Source of the DNA: Squalus acanthias
Taxonomy: Eukaryota
DNA length: 64,000 nt
Direction: 5' to 3'
Assembly: GCA_030390025.1 (NCBI GenBank)
Contig: CM059431.1
Coordinates: 95,234,001-95,298,000 of the forward strand
Shown: positions 1 to 11,858 of the stretch, in pieces
Layout of the letters: the number at the start of each line of letters is the position of its first letter
Position numbering within the stretch: the first letter of the stretch is position 1
Made by a program: the position numbers and the translations under genes
Notes under the pieces: model-generated
Databases searched by the model: none
The model's input: the letters and a program-made list of their open reading frames with translations, nothing else
What the model was told of the DNA's origin: nothing

Positions 1-822
1 CCATGAGACACACCTCCTGCTCCCTTGACCCTATTCCCACCAAACTGCTGACCACCCAACTTCCCTTCCTGGCCCCCATGTTAGCTGATTTTATTAACGG
101 TTCCCTCTCATCAGGTACTGTCCCCCTCCCCTTCAAATTTGCCATCATCACCCCTCTCCAAAAAGAAACAACCCTTGACCCCTCTGTCCTTGCAACCTAC
201 CGCCCCATCTCCAACCTCCCTTTCCTCTCCAAAGTCCTTGCACATGTTATTGCCTCCCAAATTTGTGCCCATCTTTCCCACAATTCCATGTTTGAATCAC
301 TCCAATCGGCTTTCCGCTGGTGAAACAATACTAAAACAGCCCTTATCAAAGTCACAAATGACATCCTATGTGACTGTGGCTGTGGTAAACTATACCTCCT
401 CATCTTTCTCAACCTGTCTGCAGCCTTTGAGATGATTGACCACACCATCCTCCTCCAACTCCTCTCCTCCGTCGTCCAGCTCAGTGGGACTGCCCTCGCC
501 TGGTTCCATTCCTTTCTATCCAGTTGTAACCAGAAAAGCACCTGCAATGGCTTCGCTTCCCACTTTTGCATTGTTTCCTCTGGAGTGCCCCAAGGATCTA
601 TCCTTGGCCCCCTCCTATTTCTCATCTACATGCTGCATTCAGTGACATCAACCGTAAACACAACATCAGGTTCCAAAGTAGGCTGAGGACAAGCAGCTCG
701 ATCTCACCATCACCTCTCTCGATCCCTCCACTCTCTCTGATTTGTCACACTACTTGTCTGACATCCAGTACTGGATGAGCAGAAATTGCCTCTAGCTAAA
801 TATTGGGAAGACAGAAGCCATT
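1..822 (+). mobile_element. L2-clade LINE fragment (degraded RT)
   Basis: Broken ORFs contain SCSLDPIPTKLL, YRPISNLPFLSK and SGVPQGSILGPLLF; homologous to 16768-18111; cut at 822 by a Harbinger TIR. Confidence 0.85.
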
Positions 823-1537
823 GGGCTGGATTTTGAATGACCCATGGAGTCGGGTTTGGAGGCGTGTGGGGGGTTAAATTTGCGGGGTTGGGGGTCCCGA
901 CCCCATCCCGACTCCATCCCGCCTCCACGCAATTTTGACAAAATCAGTCGCAGGGTTCCCGACTCCGTCCCGCCTCCAAGAGGCGGGAGAGGCCATTAAA
1001 GCCCTTAACAAGCCCTAAATTGGCTCTGTAATGCCATTTTGAAACGTTTTAGCTAGTTTAAACCTTTTCCGATGTGAAGTACGCCTGATTTAAAACACTC
1101 AGTGAAACCTGGCGGCAGCACAAGTGGATAGCTGACTATCAGCTGCAGGTCCACTATTACAACGGAGATGTGATGAAGGTAGTAGTAGTATTAGGTGTGA
1201 AAGCCGCCTCTGATGCTGCTGCATTGAATGTCTTCAGAGACTGCGTGGCCTTTGCTGTGAGAGGACTTGGATGCAAAAAAATTCTCTCTCTCTCTCTCTC
1301 TCTCTCTCACACCAACAGCCAGACAGTCTCTGAGACCAGGCAGTCAGCAATGATGACATCATCAGAGGCGACTTTCAGACTGAAAGCACTAATTAGTTCA
1401 TGGGTTCCCACATGCTGGAACTCAATTGCCCAATTAAGTGAAAATTGCATCAGGTATCCACATTAATCTGGAGTTGGGGGGGAACACGAAATGCGGATGA
1501 CATGACCCCAACCCGACCCCAAGACAAAATCCAGCCC
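823..1537. mobile_element. Non-autonomous Harbinger (MITE-like)
   Basis: Perfect 13-bp TIRs GGGCTGGATTTTG (823-835) / CAAAATCCAGCCC (1525-1537); subterminal regions are reverse-complement homologues of both ends of the 22745-27060 element; no matching TSD. Confidence 0.8.
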
Positions 1538-2195
1538 AGAGAGTCAGCACCCACCACATCAGCCAGCAATGTCTTCCAGAGGCTCACAATTCTCTGGGAA
1601 AAGAAGAACTGCTTGAGACGCAGTCTATTCCTACTCTTACATAGTTTTAACTCATGTTCTCTGATCCTCCCCAATCTGTTAAACTGAAATAATCTATCAA
1701 TAGGCGCACTATCCAGCCCTTTAATTCTTTTATAAACCACGATCAGGTTGCCTCTAAGTTTAAGTTGCTCTAAAGTAAATAGACCAATGTTTTTAAGTCT
1801 ATTTTAGTAGCTGAAGTTCTTTAAGCTCGGAATCATTCTCATAGCTCTCCTTTGGACCTTTTCCAAGGCGCTATAGCATCCACCACGTTAGATTTAGCTA
1901 CAGCTTCTCTACATTGGTCATGAACTTTCTGTGAGGTGCGCATAAAAAGACTAAGATCTTTTTTCTCTCTCAGCCTCTTATTTCCTGTAAATCATATGTG
2001 CATTCTGTGTTGGCCCTACCAACCTGCATGACATGAAATGTATCTAAAATAAATGCCATTTTCCATTGTGTGGCCCACTCCCCGAGCACATCGAAAACTT
2101 TTTGCATTTGTTTGCACTCCACTACTGTCTTAACCCTTGCACAGATCTTGGTGCCATCTGCAAACATACACAACATATTCCCAACACTACTGACA
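1538..2195 (-). mobile_element. Old CR1 LINE 3' fragment
   Basis: FADGTKI and RLRLKQFFFSQRIVSLW peptides; same subfamily as the CR1 at 22480-33180. Confidence 0.8.
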
Positions 2196-2863
2196 TGTGT
2201 CTGTCTTTCCTCATTCACCAACAACACAATATAACCATGGCTGGCCTCTGCACCATTGTTAAGTGACGAGGAAACTAATAACATAGCCGAGCTTTCAAAT
2301 GGAAGTTTACGTAGACATAAATCTTGGCTAAAGTTAAGTGCAACTGAAAAAAATGTCTGGACAGAATACCCGGTTATTACTCAGAAACGAAAAAGGATGC
2401 TGCTTGTTTGCACACAAAAGACTCAAATGTTGTACATTGTGTTGAGGAATTTGACTTCACCAGTGATTTATGCCAATTTTGATAAACAATGTTATCTACG
2501 GATGCAAACACATTCCCGTGACTACAACTTTCATACAATTGCAGTTCTGCAGGTTGTAGAAAACCTTGTTTTCTTGTTGCACTAACTTCCTGTCAGTGCT
2601 GGAGAGTTGGGTGTCATTTTCCTGAATTTGACTGAGCTACTGTTTGACAATAAATCCTTTCAGGAATGGTAATATCCAACTGTAGGAATAGAGCTCAATA
2701 GCAAAGTTTACAATAAATCAAACATGGATATTAATGGGTAATAAAAATGTATCAAGCATTCTAGATCCATTTAGAATTTACAGCCATGTTGTTCCTTGTT
2801 TGTCGACTTGCGGTGGTATGTACTGGCAGATACTAGATATTACAGGGATTCACATTCTGACTT

Positions 2864-5800
2864 GTTTATTTTTTTTTATTCGTTTATGGGATGTGGGCAT
2901 CGCGGGCAAGGCCAGCATTTATTGCCCATCCCTAATTGCCCTTGAGAAGATGGTGGTGAGCCGCCTTCTTGAACCGCTGCAGTCCGTGCGTTGAAGGTAA
3001 TCCCACAGTGCTGTTAGGGAGGAAGTTCCAGGATTTTACCCAGCAACAATGAAGGAATGGCCATATGCTTCTAAGTCAGGATGGTGTGTGACTTGGAGGG
3101 GAACTTGGAGGTGGTGGTGTTCCCATGCGCCTGCTGTCATTGTCCTTCTAGATGGAAGAAGTCGCGGATTTGGGAGGTGCTGCCGAAGAAGCCTTGGTGA
3201 GTTGCTGCAGTGCATCTTGTAGATGGTACACACTGCAGCCACGGTACACCGGTGGTGGAGGGAGTGAATGGTTATGGTGGTGGATGGGTTGCCAATCAAG
3301 CAGGCTGCTTTGTCCTGGATGGTGTTGAGCTTCTTGAGTGTTGTTGGAGCTGCACTCATCCAGGCAAGTGGAGAGTATTCCATCACCCACCTGACTTCTG
3401 CCTTGTAGATGGTGGAAAGGGTTTGGGGAGTCAGGAGGTGACACACTCGCCGCAGAATACCTAGCCTCTGACCTGCTCTTGTTGCCACAGTATTTATGTG
3501 GCTGGTCCAGTTAAGTTTCTGGTCAATGGTGACCCCCAGGATATTGATGGTGGGGGATTCGGCGATGGTAATGCCATTGAATGTCAAGGGGAGGGGGTTA
3601 GACTCTCGCTTGTTGGAGATAGTCATTGCCTGGCACTTCTGTGGCGCGAATGTTACCTGTCACTTATCAGCCCAAGGCTGAACGTCGTCCAGGTCTGGTT
3701 GCATGCGGGTATGGACTGCTTCATTATCTGAGGAGTTGCCAATGGCACTGAACACTGTGCAGTCACCAGTGAACATCCCCATTTCTGACCTTGTGTTGGA
3801 GGGAAGGTCATTGATGAAGCAGCTGAAGATGGTTGGGCCTAGGACACTGTCCTGAGGAACTCCTGCAGCAATGTCCTGGGGCTGTGATAATTGACCTTCA
3901 ACCATCACAACCATATTCCTTTGTGCAAGGTATGACTCCAGCCAGTGGAGAGTTTTCCCCACCGATTCCCATTGACTTTAGTGTTACTAGGGCTCCTTGA
4001 TGCCACACTCGGTTAAATGCTGCCTTAATGTCAAGGGCAGTCACTTTCACCTCACCTCTAGAATTCAGCTCCTTTGTCCATGTTTGGACCAAGGCTGGAT
4101 TGAGGTCGGGAGCCGAGTGGTCTTGGCGGAACACAAACTGGGCATCAGTGAGCAGGTTATTGTTGAGTAAGTGCCATTTGATAGCTCTGTTGGTGACACC
4201 GTCCATCACTTTGCTGATGAAGGTGAATAGACTGATGGGGCAGTAACTGGCTGGTTTGGATTTGTCCTGCCTTTGTGGACAGGACATACCTGGGTAGTTT
4301 TCCACATTGTCGGATAGTTGCCAGTGTTGTAGCTGTACTGGAACAGCTTGGGTAGAGGCGCGGCTAGTTCTGGAGCACAAGTCTTCAGCACGATAGCCGG
4401 GATGTTGTCGAGGCCCATAGCCTTTGATGTATCCAGTGTGCTCAGCCGTTTCTTGATATCACGTGGAGTGAATTGAATTGGCTGAAGAATGGCTTCTATG
4501 ATGGTTGGGAACTCAGGAGTAGGCCGATATGAATCATCCACTCGGCACTTCTGGCTGAAGATGTTTGCAAACGCTTCAGCCTTGTCTTTTGCACTCACGT
4601 GCTGGGCACCACCATCATTGAGGATGGGGGTATTCATTGAGCCTCCCCCTCCCATTATTTGTTTAATGGTCCACCACCATTCACAACTGGATGTGGCAGG
4701 ACTGCAGAGCTTTGATCTGATCCGTTGATTGTGGGATCGCTTAGCCCTGTCTATAGCATGCTGCTTACGCTTTTTAGCATGCATGTAGTCCTGTGTTGCA
4801 GCTTCCCCAGGTTGACACCTCATTTTTAGGTATGCCTGAAGCTGCTCCCGGCATGCTCTTCTACACTCGTTGTTGAACCAGGGTTGGTCGCCTGGCTTGG
4901 TGGTAATGGTAGAGTGAGGAATATGCCGGGCAATGAGGTTACAGATTGTGGTGGAATACAATTCTGCTGCTGCTGTTGGTCCACAGCGCCTCATGGATGC
5001 CCAGTTTTGAGCTGCTAGATCTGTTCTGAATCTATCCCATTTAGCACGGTGGTAGTGCCACACAACACGATGGAGGGTGTCCTCAGTGTGAAGACGGACT
5101 TCGTCTCACAAAGACTGTGCGGTGGTCACTGCTACCAATACTGTCATGGACAGATGCATCTGCGACAGGTAGATTGGTGATGACGAGGTCAAGAAGGTTT
5201 TTCCCTCGTGTTGGTTCTCTCAGCACCTTTCACAGGCCCAGACTGACAGTTACGTCCTTCAGGACTCAGCCAGCTCCGTCAGTAGTGGTGCTACCGAGCC
5301 ACTCTTGGTGATGGACATTGAAGTCCCCCACCCAGAGTACATTCTGTGCCCTTTGCTACTCTCAGTGCTTCTTCCAAGTGGTGATCAACATGGAGGAGTA
5401 CTGATTCGTCAGCTGAGGGAGGGCAGTAGGTGGTAATCAGCAGGAGGTTTCCTTGCCCATGCTTGACCTGAAGCCATGAGACTTCATGGGGTCCGGAGTC
5501 AATGTTGAGGACGCCCAGGGCCACACCTTTCCGACTGTATACCACTGGGCCACCACCCCTGGTGGGTCTGTCCTGCCGGTAGGACAGGACATACCCAGGA
5601 ATGGTGAAGGAGGAGGTTGGGACATTGGCTGAAAAGTATGATTCTGTGAGTATGACTAAGTCAAGCTGTTGCTTGACTAGTCTGTGGGACAGCTCTCCCA
5701 ATTTTGGCACAAGTCCCCAGATGTTGGTGAGGAGGACTTTGCAGGCTCGACTGGGCTGGGTGTGCCGTTGCCGTGTCTTTAGCCGATGATGAGGTCGATG

Positions 5801-6104
5801 CCGGGTGGTTCGTCCGGTTTCATTCTTATTATTGTTTCTCGTAGCGATATGTTACAACTGAGTGGCTTGCTAGGCCATTTCAGAGGGCAGTTAAGAGTCA
5901 ACCACATTGCCGTGACTCTGGGATCACACATAGGCCAGACCGGGTAAGGACGGCAGATTTCCTTCCCTGAAGAACATTAGTGAACCAGATGGATTTTTAT
6001 GACATCCGATAGTTTCATGGTTACCATTACTGATACTAGCTTTTTATTCCAGATTTATATAATTAACTGAATTTAAATTCCCCAACTGTTGTGGTGGGAT
6101 TTGT
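2864..6104 (-). mobile_element. Single-ORF CR1-clade LINE, copy A (EN+RT, frameshifted)
   Basis: EN motif LVILTESY (ORF 5291-5710); RT motifs LDIKAAFNRVWH and GVPQDSVLGP; A-rich tail at ~2864-2880. Confidence 0.9.
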
Positions 6105-6456
6105 ATCAGCAATTCATATGCACAAAAACAACTAAAACTGGTGAGCTTATAAACCAGGAAAATATAAGTAAAGTCTGCTAAATAGTGCTAAAGCAGTGTA
6201 AAATATTGTTTTGTCCATTATATCGTCATACCTTATATCCTGATACCTGATTGTCAGCTCTGTTTTCCACTTTTTGCATTCTGCAATATTAATGGCCAGG
6301 AAGTTCCTTGGTGCTACTCCCGCTCCGCTGCTGTAACTCTGCCAGAACTACAGCGGAAACTACAACACAAATAAAGAATAAACCTAGAGGAGTTGAAATC
6401 TCACTGCCATATTAATACCCAGTGCATTAACCTGTTTGTATACATTTCCTCTCCCC

Positions 6457-6655
6457 ATTGGGGCAAACAGCAATTGATGCTAGTTCAATTGTTAATTTTA
6501 AATCAGAATTTGATAGCTTTCTGTTAACCAAAGGTATTAAGGGATATGGGCCAAAGACAGGTAAATGGAGTCAGGTCGCAGATCAGCCATGATCTCATTG
6601 AATGGCAGAACAGGCTCAATGACCTACTCCAGTTCCTATGTTCTGATGTTCCATT
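6457..6655 (+). mobile_element. CR1 3'-end fragment
   Basis: AAAGGTATTAAGGGATATGGG...GATCAGCCATGATCTCATTGAATGGC...TTCCTATGTTC matches the CR1 tails at 11766 and 38553. Confidence 0.75.
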
Positions 6656-6778
6656 GTTTTAATCCAGGTAAAATTCTTTAAAATAATCGGAAGGTTTTGA
6701 AATTAAAAGAACTAAACTGCTTGCAGCATTGATGCAAATTTTAATTATCGTGATTTCTAAAAAAATCTAAAACACATT

Positions 6779-8549
6779 GGCCGGAATTTTCTGGGGAGGT
6801 AGCGGGCGCGATCAGTGGCAGGTTGGGTGGGAAAGTTGTTATTTTTATCATCGGGTCAGGAATCTGCTGTCATCTCGCTCCCACGCGCCTTTCCCCAGGC
6901 GCATCTGTCAACCCGACCGGCAGCGGCGGGCAACCCAATTGAAATCATTATCAGGTTGTTAACAGGCACTTAAGAGACTTTTTCCACTTACTTTTTAAAT
7001 TTAACTGCATGGCCACGGGATTCATGCTGCTCGGGAAGCACGTCTATCAACCTGAGGCGGGAGTTCCGTGGCCATTGCTCCAGCTGATTACTTGACAGCA
7101 TCAAATGTTCAGTGAAATCTCCCACCTGACAGATGATCACTTTCCTCAGGCAGAAGCTGTTGCTCAGTCCATTTCCAGCACAGATTCTGCAGGCGGCAAG
7201 TGTTTCCAGCAAAGTCTCCAGCCAGTGTCACCTCATTGGAAGAACTCTCTCACCATTGACAGAATGCTTCTGTCATCTGTACTTCACCTGCCATCTATTA
7301 CATCAATAAGAGTGCTGATTATACTGTCTCACCTCGGTCCTCAGAATCGGACCACGATGAGCCCCAACACCAGCTGCACCAGGCACACCAGCAGCACCAA
7401 AAACAACACCAACCTTCTCTGCAATCACCTAATGCTGCACAGGACACAGGGCATCAGCACCTGAGCACATTGCTGCCCGGGAGGCCAGGGATGGCCTCAT
7501 CATGGCCAGATTTACTTCCCTTTACGCTGTACACCCCTGCTGCCACATGATGTGCCAGGTTGGCTCCACCCCACACCAACACCATAAAGCATCCCTACAA
7601 TGCCCAAGCCATTCCTTTCACACTCATCACCATTGCTAGAGGTACCGTTATGTCTCACCATTCACTGCAACTCACTAAGCCACTTCCAAAGGTGCACACA
7701 AATCCGTCCAAGAACGCAACGTGTTGAAAATAAAGATTTATATGTTTGACAGCACATTAACAGAAACTTTACACAAACATTGGATAAAACACCCAAGTGG
7801 CTACCCTTGTGTGTTGTTAGTTGGTATGCTTGCACTAGGATGAGGGTGAGTGTGAGGGGTGGCTCGTGAGATAGGGATGCGATAATGTAGATAGAGAGAG
7901 AGGTGCAAGGTATGTTGGTGTGAGTAAGGATGTGCAGGAGTAGGGTTGGGAAGGCAGAGTGATGGGGATGTGATGAGAGGCACAGCAGGATGAAGGTGAG
8001 TGTGGCTTTGTACTAACGTTTCCTGATCTAATGAGATCATTGAAACGTTTGCGGCACTGCACCCAGGCCCTCCTGAACACATCCCTGCTTGTGACCTCCT
8101 CTGCAATCTGCAACCAGGCTGTCTTTGTCTCCTGGGGAGGTCTCTTCCACCCATCGGAAGGGAAGAGGACCTCCCTGCGTGCTCTGACTCCCTCCATAAG
8201 CATATGGAGGGAGTCATGGGAGAACCTGGGTGCAGCCCTGTGCCTCTGTGCAGTCATTGTCACTGTTTGCAGCACTCCAATGCTGTAGTGCACTGACAGC
8301 ACTGCGTTAGATTAAACTTCAAATCTAATGTGGCCATGGTCCCTTTAAAGATCCTGGCTGAAAAACACCTCATGACTGACATCACCAGACCCGCTCGATC
8401 TCATTGGGCCGGGTAACGTGCTGGGTGGGCTTAATAGGCCCCAGTAAGGTAAGTTCATTTTCTACAGTGGGATGGAGCCAGCAGCGGGGTCGCAACCCGC
8501 CACAGACACTGCTCGCACCAGACCCGCCTATGTGAAGAAAATTCCAGCC
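6779..8549. mobile_element. Internally deleted Harbinger
   Basis: TIRs GGCCGGAATTTT / AAAATTCCAGCC, with ATT on both flanks; retains Myb exon 1 (-) and a degraded Q/H-rich stretch (+) resembling a transposase 5' end. Confidence 0.8.
8018..8257 (-). pseudogene. Harbinger Myb/SANT protein exon 1 (orphan)
   Basis: MTAQRHRAAPRFS...AWLQIAEEV...QCRKRFNDL; 240 nt followed by GT, the same size as exon 1 at 23024-23263. Confidence 0.8.
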
Positions 8550-8624
8550 ATTGATTTTACAATGAAATGGTTTTAAAACAAAATTAAATCTAAAAATACC
8601 TTTAACAAAGGGCTACAAAAAGAG

Positions 8625-8825
8625 GAACTTGCATTTATATGGCACCTTTCATATGCTCAAGACAACCCAAAGCACTTCATTGCCAATGAAATACTTTTGA
8701 AGTTGAGTCAATGTTGTAATATAGGCAAATACGGCAGCCAACTGTACACAACACAAGATCCCACAAACAGTTAATTGTTTTTGGGTGGTGTTGGTTGAGA
8801 GATGAATGTTGGCTAGAACACTGCA
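8625..8825 (-). mobile_element. 3' part of SacSINE1/Deu-like SINE with L2-type tail
   Basis: AACTTGCATTTATAT tail in reverse; homologous to 48065-48177 and 40112-40410; interrupted by the CR1 at 8826. Confidence 0.6.
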
Positions 8826-8829
8826 AGAG

Positions 8830-9497
8830 CGCGGACCTGAGCGGAGGAGGCTGCGGAGGAGGCCCAGGACAGAACGTGCCCTGAGCAGAGGCGACGGTGG
8901 AGGCAGCAGAGGAAGCCCAGGACAGAACGTGCCCTGAGCGGAGGCAGCGGAGGAGGCGGCGGAGGAGGCCCAGGACAGAACGTGCCCCTGAGCGGAGGCA
9001 GCGGAGGAGGCCCAGGACAGAACGTGCCCCTGAGCGGAGGCAGCAGAGGAGGCCCAGGACAGAACGTGCCCCTGAGCGGAGGCAGCGGAGGAGGCGGCGG
9101 CGGAGGCCCAGGACAGAACGTGCCCCTGAGCGGAGGCAGCGGAGGAGGCGGCGGAGGAGGCCCAGGACAGAACGTGCCCCTGAGCGGAGGCGGCAGAGGA
9201 GGCCCAGGACAGAACGTGCCCCTGAGCGGAGGCGGCGGAGGAGGCGGCGGAGGAGGCCAGGACAGAACGTGCCCCTGAGCGGAGGCGGCGGAGGAGGCGG
9301 CGGAGGAGGCCCAGGACAGAACGTGCCCCTGAGCGGAGGCGGCGGAGGAGGCCCAGGACAGAACGTGCCCCTGAGCGGAGGCGGCAGAGGAGGCCCAGGA
9401 CAGAACGTGCCCCTGAGTGGAGGCAGCAGCGGAGGCGGCGGAGGAGGCCCAGGACAGAACGTGCCCCTGAGCGGAGCTGGCAGCAGCGGAGGCGGCA
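8830..9497 (+). repeat. GC-rich tandem array at the CR1 5' end
   Basis: About 13 copies of core GGCCCAGGACAGAACGTGCCCCTGAGCGGAGGC separated by variable GGA/GGC/AGC triplet runs. Confidence 0.95.
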
Positions 9498-9650
9498 AGA
9501 TAGATTTGCCGAACAAAAAAAATTTAAGGATTGATGTCACAGGACAGCAGGTAGGTGATTGGTTGTTGAGAATTACCTTTGTCTTTTTCTCTCTACGTTA
9601 GGTCAGTGGATTAGCTAAGAAGTTTAGTTAGTAGTCTAGTAAATAGAGAC

Positions 9651-10681
9651 ATGACAGGGCACCTCAGTCCCGTTGAATGCACATCATGTGACATGTGGAA
9701 AATCCTGGACATTTCTCGTGTCCTGGACAACCACATGTGCAGGAAGTGCCATAAGCTGGAGGAGCTCGAGCTCCGTGTTTCTGAGCTAGAGCAGCAGCTG
9801 ACGTCACTGCGATGCATCCGCAAGACTGAGCGCTACGTGGATAGCACGTTTCAGGAGGTGGTCACCACGCATCATAAGAGTGTGCAGGCAGATAGAGAAT
9901 GGGTGACCACCAGACAGACAAGAAGGACCAGGCAGGTAGTGCAGGAGTCCCCTGAGTGCATCTCGCTCTCTAACTGGTATTCATACTGGTGAGGGCGATG
10001 GTTCCTCTAGGGAGTGCAGGCAGAGCCAAGACCATGGCACCATGGGTGGCACAGCTGTACGGGTGGGGGGGAGGAAGGAGGAGGAAGGTCACTAATGCAA
10101 TAGTGATATGAGATTCAATATTTAGGGGAACAGATCGGCGTTTCTGGGGCCGCAGATGTGACTCCAGGATGGTATGTTGCCTCCCTTGTACCATGGTCAA
10201 GGATGTCACTGAGTGGCTGCATGATATTCTGAGGGGCAAGGGTGAACAGCCAGAGGTCATGGTCCATATCGAAACCAATGACATAGGTAGAAAGAGGGAT
10301 GCAGTCCTGCAGGCAGAATTTAGGAACCTAGGAAAAATATTAGTAAGCAGGACCTCAAGGGCAGTAATCTCTGGATTACTCCCGGTGCCATGCATGAGTG
10401 AGTACAGAAATAGAAGGTTCGAGCAGATGAATGCACGGCTGGAGAGATGGTGCAGGACGGAGGGCTTTAGATTCCTGAGTCATTGGGACCAGTTCTGGGG
10501 GAGGTGGAACCTGTACAAGCTGGACGGGTTGCACCTCAACAGGGCTGGGACCATTATCCTCATGGGAAGGTTTTGCTGGTGCTGTTGGGGAGGGTTTAAA
10601 CTAGCTTGGCAGGGGGATGGGAATCTGAGCGTAGACTTAGCAGGAAGAGAAGCAAAGCTGGAAATGGAAGCAGAATATTAG
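9651..10681 (+). pseudogene. CR1 ORF1 (zinc finger/leucine zipper + SGNH esterase-like), disrupted
   Basis: CTSCDMW...CRKCHKLEELELRVSELE; VCCLP...VHIETND...DGLHLN; frameshifts and stops. Confidence 0.85.
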
Positions 10682-11605
10682 TAACTGAGTTTGGAAGGCA
10701 GAGGAAGCAAAGGCTAGAAAATAGACAACAAAGGGGTTTGGCAGTTCTTAATGGTATATACTTCAATGCAAGGAGCCTAGTGAATAAGGCAGATGAGCTG
10801 AAGGCACAGATAGACACGTGGAAGTATGATATAATAGCTATTACTGAAACATGGCTTAAAGAAGGGCAGGAATGGCAGCTCAACATTCCTGGTTACAGGA
10901 TTTTCAGACGAGATAGAGAGGGCCATAAAAAGGGAGGGGGTGGAATTATCGGTTAAAGAAACAATTACAGCTGTGAGGAGGGATGATGTGTCAGAAGGAT
11001 CATCAAATGAGTCCATATGGGTTGAACTGAAGGACAAAAAAGGGGCAGTCACAATGCTGGGAGTATACTATTCAGAGACAGAAGAGCAAATATGTAGGCA
11101 AATTTCTGAGAAGTGCAAAAACAACAGGGCAGTATTAGCAGGAGATTTCAACTACCCTAATATTAACTGGGATAGAATTAGTGTAAAAGGAATAGAAGGC
11201 GCTGAATTCTTAAAATGGATTCAGGAGAACTTTTTTAGCCAGTACGTAACAAGCCCAACAAGAGAGGGGGCAGTTCTGGACTTTATTTTAGGGAATGAAG
11301 CTGGGCACGTAGAAGGGGTATCAGTGGGAGAGCATTTTGGCAGTAGTGATCATAATTTAACATAGTTATGGAAAAGGACAAAGATTAACACTATGTAAAA
11401 GTCCTCAATTGAGGAAAGGCCAATTTTACTAAGCTGAGATGTGATTTAACAAAAGTGGACTGGAAACAGCTACTTGAAGGTAATCAGTGTCAGAGCAGTG
11501 GGAGGCATTCAAGGAGGAGATAGGGAGGGTACAGAGCAAATATGTTCCCACAAAGAAAAAGGGTGGGACTCCCAAATCTAGAGCCCCCTGGATGTCAAGG
11601 AGCAT

Positions 11606-11756
11606 GATGCGGAGATGCCGGTGTTGGACTGGGGTGGACAAAATTGAGAGGTCGCACAACACCAGGTTATAGTCCAACAGTTTTATTTGAAAGCTTGTGA
11701 TTTCAAATAAAACTGTTGGACTATAACCTGGTGTTGTGCGACCTCTCAATTTTGTC
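11606..11756. mobile_element. Penelope-like terminal fragment forming a perfect hairpin
   Basis: 56-bp perfect inverted arms 11637-11692 and 11701-11756 with an 8-nt loop; flanked by direct repeat (TGTC)AAGGAGCAT. Penelope assignment is from recalled sequence similarity only. Confidence 0.65.
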
Positions 11757-11858
11757 AAGGAGCATACATAGAAACATAGAAGATAGGAGCAGGAGTAGGC
11801 CATTCGGCCCCTCGAGCCTGCTCCGCCATTTAATGAGATCATGGCTGATCATCCAAAT

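Larger units (their letters stand above)
8826..11765 (+). mobile_element. CR1 LINE, 5'-complete and 3'-truncated
   Basis: 5' tandem array, then ORF1 (zinc finger, zipper, esterase), then ORF2 endonuclease (YFNARSLVNK, IIAITETWL, GDFNYP, SDHN); ends before the RT. Confidence 0.9.

Noticed and set aside
2200..2860. Candidate host exons in unique sequence (also 33200-33560 and 59540-59810)
   Set aside because: Some splice-like sites exist, but I found no recognisable protein or consistent frame; cannot be supported without RNA-seq or homology.
8830..9497. CRISPR-like repeat-spacer pattern
   Set aside because: The spacers are only GGA/GGC triplet runs, not unique sequences; no cas genes; eukaryotic context.
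8677..9601. Long Pro/Gly/Arg-rich ORFs (formin- or collagen-like)
   Set aside because: Open in several frames on both strands because the GC-rich tandem array lacks stop codons.
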